From Xylographa opegraphella (Eukaryota): a stretch of DNA of 35,929 nucleotides. The notes under the pieces were generated by a model that saw nothing but the letters and a program-made list of their open reading frames with translations, was not told the DNA's origin and searched no databases. The stretch lies in the NCBI GenBank assembly GCA_022813865.1, contig JALDZX010000068.1, positions 62,001 through 97,929 on the forward strand, written 5' to 3'. This document shows, one piece after another, positions 23,619 to 32,638 of the stretch (its first letter is position 1; every line of letters begins with the position of its first letter). Both the position numbers and the translations under genes were made by a program.

Positions 23619-24984
23619 TGGTCAGCCGCACATCCAATGTGGTCTGGATATCGCACAGAGCGACCGAGTAAGCTAGAATGTGCGTGCTAGTCACCGAAGC
23701 TTTGGACATTCTACCACACCATGGCCACAGCACGTATCGAGAGAGTGGTGGACTCCCCTCTGCACGGACATGCACGATAAAGGCGTAAGGTAGGATCAGC
23801 AGTGCTCGGTGCATGAATGCACGTTGACTGACTATTTGCGCCGAGAGCATGGGTCCAAGACCGCCCCTCACCCACTGCGCCTGGCCCTGCGTGTGTGGGC
23901 CATGGGCACCGAGCACCGAGGCGGCTCTGCCCTTCCGAAGACTGGCTCGGACATCGGACGGCTGCGCAGGTTGAGAGCTATGGATTGCACGGCAGCATTG
24001 CTGACGGAGCCAGTTGCAGAGTGTTCGACGACGTCCACCGTAAGGCCGGGGAAGGTTGTTCGACACGTCGTCTTCTTAAGCGCCAGCGTCAGATGGCAGT
24101 GGTGGACGCTACACCCGGAGGGGCTACCGTCGATCGGACCCTGACCTGTGGTAGCCAATGGAAAGGCGCAGCCGCATCCGAAGCGAATGAGACGAGCGCG
24201 GTGAAGGACGAAGTCGAGCCAAGCAAATCGTAGGGAGATCGTTGGATTATATATAGCCATTCGTCCGGTAACTTAACACCGCTCGTAAACCTCGGCCATC
24301 CTGTGCACTTCCACACTGCTGGAAGGAAGCTTTTGGGCTGTCCAGCGGCCGACGCTCATTCGTCACCATTCTGCAGGCCAAGATCTGCACTTGGGACGCT
24401 TATTCCCGCATGGGTGGCCTCTTCCTTGTTCTGCTCGCACCGCGCTCCTCCCCTCCTTCCCTCCCCGCCAATATCTGCCCCTCGAGCCATTCTCTTGACA
24501 CCCGGCCCGTTGCATGTCCACTGAGCCTGCAGCGGGAGCCAGTAGCCGATGGTACAATTTCAGTCATGTGACCTGGATGGTGTGCGGCCTCGCGGTGCCA
24601 CTGGTCGCTGAGGTCGTTTGTGGGCTTTCCAATGCAGCTCGCGGCTTCTCTCCTTCCTACTCGACGGCATAATGAGGAATCTAGCGCCTCTTTGCTGCAT
24701 TCCCTTTGTTTCATTTCAGGTTGTCCCATCTACTTCCGTGCCGTGACAGGTCGTGTGCTGGCATCATGTCGTCTGACTTCTTCAGTGACCACCCACCGCG
24801 CCCATGACCGTGAATTTCTTCCTCTTCTGCTTCCTACACGACCATCAGTACACGCCTTAAGTCCATCGAGTCTTCTTCGCAATGATCACTTACCATTGCC
24901 CTAATCATCGCTGTTGCTGAGTCTTTGGTTCCCCGTCGTGCATTCTGGTCCATGCCGCTATCCTATTGCCGAACATCGCACGAC

Positions 24985-26582
24985 ATGCCGAGGAAGGCCG
25001 GGATTCAGAAGCTCTCGAACGAATTACTTAAGGACATTCTGGATCATATCGAAGCTGACCCGGAGATATCTGTAAGCATAGATCGACGAGCTTATCTATC
25101 AGTGGAGAGCTTCCGCCTACCAAGTCCACCATTACCTTCTCAGGCGCAAGACATTGGCAATTTCCGATTAGCTTGCCGACGATTCGGCGAACTTGGGATA
25201 CCCCATCAGTTCACCAGAGTAGCTACGCGCTTTTCGCGCGCCGGTTTGCAACGGTTGGAAAAAATCGTCAGTAGACCAAACCTAGCGAAACATACGAAAA
25301 AGTTCAGCTATCTGATACCATTCTTCTACGTTGAAGGTTAGAATTTCCCGAGCCCTCTTCCCACCTCATGTTCTGACGAGAATTGTTGCTATCAGGCAGG
25401 GAGCGAGTTGGAGAACTTCTCCATCATGCCAACGGTGACTTACAAACACTCGATGCGTCATTCTTTGAGCGCAAAGCGGAGGCGCAGCGAAGTATCGTAC
25501 GGTCTGGGGAAGACTTGAGGGTGCTTAAGAAGGCAATGATGGCATTCCGATCTCTCCAACATGTGCAGATTCTTCGGCTCCAGGATGAAGCTGACCGCTC
25601 TTTACTGGATTACCTCCATGAAAACGACGGTGCTGCTTTGCGATTAGTGGACTTGAAGTGGACGCCTGCTTGCACACATGCGTTGAGGACGGTCGGAGAG
25701 GCCTTAGCTGAAGCGCGATCGCCCTTCACGCGCTTCTCCGGGCCCATGATGAATCCTCAAAGTGTACTTGCACTCAAAAAGGGCATACCGCATACGATCA
25801 CGGTGCTCTCGGAACGTCTAACATGCTTGGAGCTGCATTTTGATGATCCAATTGATTTGAATGCCAGGATGAAAGACCTGTCTCCTCTGTTCAAACTGAC
25901 CTTCGCTTCCGCCAGGAATATGCAGGCTGTTCATATTGGCTTTCCTTCAAGTCAGCCACTCGATTTAGACCTAGAAGAAATCTTTCATAACATTCACTGG
26001 GAAAAGCTACGTGCGTTTGGCGTTCAGGCTTGGCGGCTAAGCGCAGAAGAGATTATCAGCTTAGCGAGGCGGCATAGCAAAACCCTCAGAGGTCTACGAT
26101 TGCGAGACGTTCAACTGAAGGATGGCAGCATGTGGAAAGATGTTCTTGCTATGCTGCGCGCGGAAATGGAACTCCTCGATTGGGTCAGTTTGCGGAGGAT
26201 AGATTATTCCAGCCATTTCGATGAGTTATGGGGTGACAGTATGGAGGTGCCGGACTATCCTCCAGGTGGCGCCAGTGACAGCGATGATGAAGATGACTTT
26301 CACGCGCATGTCGATCTGGGAGACGACGTTTTCGAAAGCGAGGACGAATACTCAAATGGGGATTCGGATGAACGGAGCAATGCCGATACCGACCACGGCC
26401 CTGATGCGAATGAGTTGGCCTTGTCTCCAGATACGCCTGCATCCTTGCCATTCTGTACATGCTCACGCAGTTCTTTCCCTGCGACAGCCGATGATCTCGG
26501 AGATAATGGACGATTCGTGGTGTATCAGCAAAGGAAGTTTTGGGAGAAATGGGTAATAGGAAGATGTCCGGAGCATACGTAA
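24985..26582 (+). CDS. Fungal hypothetical protein with F-box-like N-terminus and LRR-like core. Exons 24985-25336, 25396-26582 (alternative ATG at 24952)
   Basis: IQKLSNELLKDILDHI...IGNFRLACRRF is F-box-like; LRGLRLRDVQL is LRR-like. Intron 25337-25395 (GTTAGA...CTGAC...CAG) joins the two ORFs in frame. Confidence 0.85.
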
Positions 26583-27379
26583 TAGGACTGCAGGCACGAA
26601 GGGGACGATGTCGGAGACAACCCAGATTCGACATTCGACGTGTCATGAACCTAATCACAGTCATCTCTTATGAGCCGAGATTGGACTGATGCCATCGCTA
26701 AGCGGTATTTATATAGCTATCCATATCCTACATGGGGCGGCAAACTTTGTTGATATAGACTATTCATAGGACATATAATACATTGGTATCAATTTCTACT
26801 TTGCACATGTCAACTGACCATTCTTTCGCCTCCACCAGGTCCGCTAAGTCGGAGCACTCAAGCTTCGACGTCACTGCAACATCTTCGGCTAGAACCCCGT
26901 GTGGTCCATAGCCATCCAGAAAACGAGCCAGGGGAGAAGTACTGGAAGTGTATACAAAGTGCGCCAAGAATTCTGATAGGCTATGTTAAGCAGTAAACTA
27001 CTCTCGCCACTCATCAGATTTGAGTAAACTCGGCAAAACGCTTTGGCGCCTTCGATTTTGTTCAGTCATGCAGGTGTATATCTCTCAATACCAAGAGGAC
27101 TTGAAACACCTATGGCCCATTCCGCCCTCAAGGCCATGTGAGAGCGTATGATATCTGGCTCCATTGAAAGCCCTTTCGACCGCTAGCACCTACTGACCGC
27201 CCTCGCCCACGAAGACCGCGATCCACCCACCTCCAGAACAATCGGCCCAAAGCTCTTCGCAGGCATACTCATAGCAGGATATATCCCGATCTCATCACAT
27301 CATGATTCGTACAATCCATTCATCCCCCCAAGCATCCCGAACATCACACCTCCTCCGCCGCAACCCATCTACCTCTCCC

Positions 27380-27805
27380 TCACGCCGGCCCTCCCATTTG
27401 CCCTTCGCCCTCCCCATCCCCCTTAACCCCCCCCTCCCCCCACCCCCCCAGATTAACTACCACCGCCTCCCCCCCCGCCCTCACAATCGCCCACACGACC
27501 TCCTCCTCACCATTATTCACCTCCTGATGCTCCTCCCAGGCAGGGATGAGCGCGAAATCGCCCGGCGCCATCGGCTGCGTCTTGCGGCCGCCGTCCGTGA
27601 CGATGGCGCCGTGCCCGCTGCGCGCGTACACGACCGTGTCCTGCGCGCCGTGGTGGTGCACCGCCGAGGCGCTGTGCGGCGCCGCCGTCATCAGCGACGC
27701 GTTGAGCTGCGTCGAGGCCCGGTGCAGGGCCGCGGCACGCGTCATGCCTGGCGATTGGGCCGTTTGCGCTGAGAGCGCGGTGGAGGGCGTGTGGGTTAGG
27801 GGCAT
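27380..27805 (-). CDS. RmlC-like cupin domain protein (~141 aa)
   Basis: Cupin motif 1 SAVHHHGAQDTVVYARSG and motif 2 PGDFALIPAWEEHQEVN. The ATG at 27805 is preferred over the upstream ATG, which falls inside the tRNA. Confidence 0.88.
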   Translation of the reverse strand: MPLTHTPSTALSAQTAQSPGMTRAAALHRASTQLNASLMTAAPHSASAVHHHGAQDTVVYARSGHGAIVTDGGRKTQPMAPGDFALIPAWEEHQEVNNGEEEVVWAIVRAGGEAVVVNLGGWGEGGVKGDGEGEGQMGGPA

Positions 27806-27985
27806 TATTGGGTTTGGTTTTTGAAAGGGGGGGGTGGGGAGGAGGGAGATGGTGGAGATGGTGGAGGATGACGTGGTGAAATGGGGTAGTTCTGGGGGGA
27901 GAAAGAAATGTAAGGTTATATACGATAATAAGATACTGTGTTTTTGTGAATGCCAGTTCCGCTGGCGCAATGGTAGCGCGCTAGA

Positions 27986-28032
27986 GTGTGTATATCAAGT
28001 CTACAATATCAACCTCAGCTAATGTTAAATAG
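27986..28032 (+). other. 47-nt spliceosomal-type intron inside the tRNA, between positions 31 and 32
   Basis: 5' GTGTGT, branch-like GCTAAT at 28018-28023 and 3' TAG at 28030-28032. Exact GT-AG excision restores the anticodon arm. Confidence 0.8.
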
Positions 28033-28038
28033 CTTCTA

Positions 28039-28045
28039 CCCCGAT
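28039..28045 (+). other. 7-nt canonical tRNA intron at position 37/38 (CCCCGAT)
   Basis: Starts one base 3' of anticodon TCT. Its antepenultimate G can form the anticodon-intron pair with C32. Confidence 0.75.
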
Positions 28046-28086
28046 ATCTAGAGGCTGTGGGTTCGAGTCCCACGCGGAATGCTCAC

Positions 28087-28093
28087 TTTTTTT
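28087..28093 (+). terminator. RNA polymerase III terminator (T7 run)
   Basis: TTTTTTT begins 5 nt after the tRNA discriminator, followed by several more T runs up to ~28122. Confidence 0.8.
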
Positions 28094-28169
28094 GCCACTT
28101 TTTGGCATCACTTTTTGGTTTTTGTTCAGGAATACCGGAACTAGTATTCAGCTTACGAATCTATGCATT

Positions 28170-28799
28170 TTAGCCCTCTTCAGCATGATCGAATGCCTTT
28201 GAAGACGCTTTATCAAGATCATAACGCCAATGATTAGGGTCAAGTTTCCTACCTATAGTAGAAATTGTTAGCATATCCACATGTTGAGCTTCGTGTAACC
28301 TGCCGCCGAGTTCTTCTGTCTCAGTCACATCAACAATCGAATTACTTTTCTTGGAAGCCTGCAGTCGTTTCAACCCTCTACCGCCACTAGTCTGTCGTAA
28401 AGGCTTTCTTTTGGTTATCGATAATATAGGCGTAGTTTCCTCTTCCTCATATTCGACGGCAGGCTTACCAAGTAGGTTAGTATAGTGTACTGAGTCGACC
28501 TCAGAGAGATCGTTGAGCTTTGGTTCCTCCTCTTTCTTTTTACCAGCCCTTACCCATTTGTCGTGCAGTTTAGCCACTTCCGCCTTTATCCATAAACCTT
28601 GTAGCCCTTTTAATCCCTAAAGATCTCACCATTCCGATACTTTCATATACCACTCGATCAAGGCGTGGCGGTTCTCGCACTTTGATACTTAATACAGCAT
28701 CCTTTTTACTAATTTCCGCATCTCCTTTTCATATAAGAACACGGTTTCACCTATAATAGAAAACATAGTCCCTCTCTTGCTTCTTCCCTTATTTTTTTG
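28170..28799 (-). pseudogene. Decayed ORF with in-frame stops, unknown family
   Basis: The frame of ORF 28170-28577 continues upstream as MFSIIGETVFLYEKEMRKLVKRMLY*VSKCENRHALIEWYMKVSEW*DL*GLKGLQGLWIKAE, with three stops (TAA, TGA, TAG) in AT-rich sequence. Confidence 0.5.
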
Positions 28800-28814
28800 G
28801 GCTTTAGCCCAAAC

Positions 28815-28910
28815 TCCATCATGTCCCAGGTTTTCTATCTCATTGTTCCATCATGTCCCAGGTTTTCTACCTCATCGTTCCATCATGTCTTAGGTGTTCT
28901 ACCTTATTCT
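28815..28910. repeat. Tandem repeat, 3 x 32 bp
   Basis: Units start at 28815, 28847 and 28879 with consensus TCCATCATGTCCCAGGTTTTCTAYCTCATYGT. The third copy is more diverged. Confidence 0.9.
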
Positions 28911-30069
28911 TCATTAGTTCCAGCTTTCCTATCAACATAATATTCAGCTGTTGAAGTCCATCCCATATCTCATACCATCGCGAGAAACGCCGCATCGTAA
29001 TACCAGTCTCTGAGTCCACATGCAAAGCCAATGTGTGCGATACTGTAGTAGAAGCTCAAGGCTCAACCTTGGCAGGACGTACTTCTCCGGCATGAAGTCC
29101 CTCTTGGCCCACAGCACATATGTTCTTCTCAGCATCGGCGAGCCGATATTACCATCCGGGCACACTTCCGTCCACGTGCTGGCTTTAAACGGGTCGAGAG
29201 CAACAGCTGGTTGAATGCGAGATATTCGACAAATGCGAACGCCACTGCGTTTCATGGGACTTCCTGTGGTTGCAGTGGATCCCGTGGCAAGGCAACACCG
29301 TTAATAGGGCTACCAGTAGTCGTTGGTAAAAGGATTGCAATTACTCTTTGATAAAAGGCTTCATACAGCACTAGTAGCTGCGCTGAATGAGGCCATTGGC
29401 ATTGTTCTTATAGCCACGATGGATTCATAGTATCGTATAAGATCGTTCGCTTCTCTATGCCTTGAACGTCTGTTCCACCCGTCCCTTCGCGGCATCTCTC
29501 ATTCCTGCATCGTGGGAAATAAGAGGTTTGTCTTGTCTGAGGTACTGAGGCAAAGGTTTACCCACTGTTGGGTAAATCCTTTCCCTTGCCGCATCTCTTA
29601 TAGTCCGGGCCTTGCCTAGAATTTTCTTTGTGTCCGTCCTCACCATTTGTAACTCGTTGCTTAGGAGCCCTTTGAACTTTGTGATTAACGTTCAAATCAT
29701 TGGAATGTAGACCCCATCTCTTCCGCCACAAGCAGAAAAGCCGGATTAATTTAGCCAGTAACTCCGATTAGTTTGAACTTGTCCTCGATATAATTAGCAA
29801 ATCGTATGTTTGAACGATTCAACCCGTTTTTCGTCGCCTTCTTCTTTCGGCGGAATGATTGATACTTTTCTACCTCTCGGCAATGAGCCGTATTTTCTCC
29901 TCTTCCCCTGAGGGCTTCCACTGAACTATGGCTTGTTAGACAAGATTGCTTCGTTAGCTGTGGCTGCAGTGACAGGTCGAGACTGTATCTAGACTTTCAA
30001 TGCTGCAGCAGAAAATTCCGCGCTTCTAGGCCATTGATCGCCCCTCTCTATATCTTGCAACTCGATAAT

Positions 30070-30310
30070 CCTTCTAGGCCAAATCCCTTCCGTTATATAT
30101 GATTTTTTTTCCATCGCTACAGGAGTGACTCCTCTATCCACGATCCATTCCAGCTCGCAGTTCTTATTGTTGCCATCACCATCCACTTACACTGAGAGGG
30201 GTATTCATGGTCCTGAGGCAGCCCCATAGATCGCTGCCGAAGCGTAAAAGCTTCAGTATTGCTACCAAGAAGACTGAATGTACTCTCCACTGATCAGGCA
30301 GTCCCAACAC
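30070..30310 (-). mobile_element. Degenerate Ty3/Gypsy (chromovirus) pol 3' fragment: integrase C-terminal region plus chromodomain relic
   Basis: Across frameshifts it reads LGLPDQWRVHSVFLVAILK...GSD, then VDGD...CELEWIVDR, then RKGFGLE. This follows the order of the fungal Gypsy motifs LP..WR(I/V)HPVF, YE(I/V)ERI(V/L)D(K/R)R and WKGYGPE. Confidence 0.7.
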
Positions 30311-31280
30311 CATCGTAACCCTGCAGCCGTAGGGAAAATCTCGTTTTGGGAAGCGCAGCGCTGTACCCGTTCCACAGTAGGCGGCACTTCTGCGACTGTC
30401 TGGTAATATCACCTGCTAGTCGCCTTGGAGATTCCAGATCGGAGTGCTTGGCTTTGCCTGTATCCTACCGCAACACCTTGTTCAACCTCGTTTCGGGTTT
30501 TGTTTGTACCTTTGATGCCAAAGCTGTAAGCGAGCGAACGGTGTCTGCTTTCCCTACGTTCCTGGTATAAGTTGCTTGTCGACAGGCCGTTTCGACCTTC
30601 TCTGAGGTTTGTTTCGAGACGGCCAGGTGGCGGTGATTCATGATCGATCAACCCAAGAGTTCACCACCCTGGCAAGACTTTCGATGAGTGCGTAGTAAGT
30701 GACCTGACACAATCTCTCAAACAATACCTTCCTACGCAGCACCATTTCAGCACCATGCAATCCCACTCCGACAAGCTTTCTAAGCCTTCAGTAGTAGCAG
30801 TGATGGGAGGCCGTAGTCCTTTCCCCAGAAAGGCTTGGAATACTGATTGGGCGTGGTCCACGCACGTCCTGTTGTGGGCTTCAGTTTGATCATGCTCTTG
30901 CACACGTTTCTGTACGCGAAGCAGGATGTGCCGGTGATAATTATCAAGCGCGGCTCCACCCACGGAAACCATGCGCGTGGTTGTCGACGCAGCTGGATAT
31001 GACTACTGCCTCGATCGGGATCGTGTCGCGACCCGTTTCTTCAGCGAGTCTACCTTCTCCTCCACCGCCGCTCGGAGCTTCCTTTTCTTGTCCGAAACAC
31101 TATTCGTGTACAGACGAGCTCATTATCATCTATTTCACGATCACGCTTTGCAGGCGGCGCGAGTATCGGGCTTACAGGAGCGGATGTCCTGATCGGGAGA
31201 ACAAAAGTAGCAGGTTGATGGGGGGGGGAGTGTCGAGGTTCAGAATCTTCGTCAAGATATCCGACGAAGTTTCGTATATG

Positions 31281-31483
31281 CCATGCATCCTTTACCCTAT
31301 CGAGTACCGTTGGACTAGAAAGTTCCACTGGAGTAGAAGGTCCCACGAGGAATTGCTGAAAGGCCGGGTTAGTTTCCGTTCCCGCGCTTTGCTCTCGCAT
31401 TTGCCACCGATCTTCTATCCTATCGATCGCAGTTGGAGTGGAAGGTTCTCCTGGAGTAGAAGGTCCCACGAGGAATTTTTGAA
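31281..31483. repeat. Imperfect direct repeat with a 123-bp offset inside a decayed minus-strand ORF
   Basis: The 27-mer CTGGAGTAGAAGGTCCCACGAGGAATT is identical at 31328-31354 and 31451-31477. It translates on the minus strand as QKFLVGPSTPGEPSTPTAIDRIEDRW and QQFLVGPSTPVELSSPTVLDRVKDAW. Confidence 0.85.
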
Positions 31484-32638
31484 CGTGCTCCCAGGTCTGG
31501 TACAGTTCCCGCACTGCAACTCCTCCACAATGCTTCGATCAATGTCCGACATAGTAGTACTCCCGGAAAACTCTTTAATTGTAATCCTGTCGCCATGGCA
31601 CTAGCAAGGAGGTTCAGGACTCAGGTCCTGACTTGCTGTGCAAGGTAGTACACCAGGAAAAAAACATGTATCGGAAACATGGCCGCCAGGCTTACTCACC
31701 AAAGCAGCTACCATTCGAACAGGTGTTTCCGGCCGCCCGAGCGCACGCCCGTGTACCGGCTTCTAAGTCCCGCAGGGAATCCAGCAGTGGAACCCAACGC
31801 GCTCGAGTCAAGAGTCGAGGGGTGATGAAACGGTATTATTTTCGCAGTCCGTGGGTAGTGCTTATGCATTCCTAGTAGCAGCTCTGTACAATCTTCCTCG
31901 TATTCATTGTCTAGCGACACCGAGCCGTGAATTATCTTCTCGCCCCTGGATTCAGCGACCTGTTGGGAGGTAGCCCGGATAGCTTAAAGGCAACATCGAC
32001 AAACTCCAGCACAGAGGCCTACCCCATCCATGTCAAGTCCTTGATCGTGGGATAGCTGGCGGCGGCTTGGTTTTCGCGAGTAGGTGACTTGCATGAATGA
32101 CTCGTAGTATGTGTGTGGATTTTCGTAAAGTTCGGTGCATTGAAGCCACCGGTTCATAGAAGGGGTGCTTTCAGTAGAACTTCGGTCCCTCCAGCGCAGT
32201 ATTCGTCCCGTGCTTTTAGCTCACGGTGCAAAGAGTCAACTGGAGATCAGAGCGTAATGCAGATTAGGTTGTATAACATAAGCGATCAGTGCAATCAACC
32301 AATGGGAGCTTATCATATATAACGACAATGTTCTTAAACAAGCGCATACAAGAAAAAGCGGAGAGGGGTAAGTGAGAAATGGTATCATATCTATAAGTCT
32401 ACTTGAGAGGTATCGGGAAACAGGATAAGGGTAAGTTTTATCAATATATTGGGAAAATTCAATCATAAAACGTAAAAAATGACGAACGGCATTGTGAGTA
32501 AGGCTGAGAGTTGTTGAGTATAATGATATTGTATTACTCAAAAAAGCAAGGAATCCACCACAGCATACACCTTTGCAGTAAGACTCCTATTTCAAATGCA
32601 GCTAAACCCTAAATTTCACGTGAGAGCTATCCCGCAGT

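Larger units (their letters stand above)
27956..28081 (+). tRNA. tRNA-Arg-TCT: tRNA-Arg(UCU) with two introns. Exons 27956-27985, 28033-28038, 28046-28081
   Basis: Acceptor stem GTTCCGC/GCGGAAT plus G73; D arm GCGC-AATGGTA-GCGC; anticodon stem CTAGA/TCTAG; loop CT-TCT-A-A after removing both inserts; variable loop AGGCT; T arm GTGGG-TTCGAGT-CCCAC. A box TGGCGCAATGG and B box GGTTCGAGTCC are intact. Confidence 0.9.

Noticed and set aside
23563..24904. Several overlapping 60-167 aa ORFs between CAB4 and the F-box-like gene
   Set aside because: No recognisable motifs, several non-ATG starts, and overlap on both strands as expected in GC-rich non-coding DNA.
27986..28045. Reading the tRNA as His(GTG) with one long canonical intron
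   Set aside because: It needs G32 and U37, where a pyrimidine and a purine are near-universal. It also ignores the perfect CT-TCT-A loop and the GT/branch/AG signals, and the body resembles eukaryotic Arg-TCT tRNAs.
28815..28910. CRISPR-like 32-bp repeats
   Set aside because: The units are directly adjacent with no spacers, there are no cas genes, and the context is eukaryotic.
32602..32614. CTAAACCCTAAA telomere-like word
   Set aside because: Fewer than two units, located in the ACAD 3' flank; not a telomeric array.
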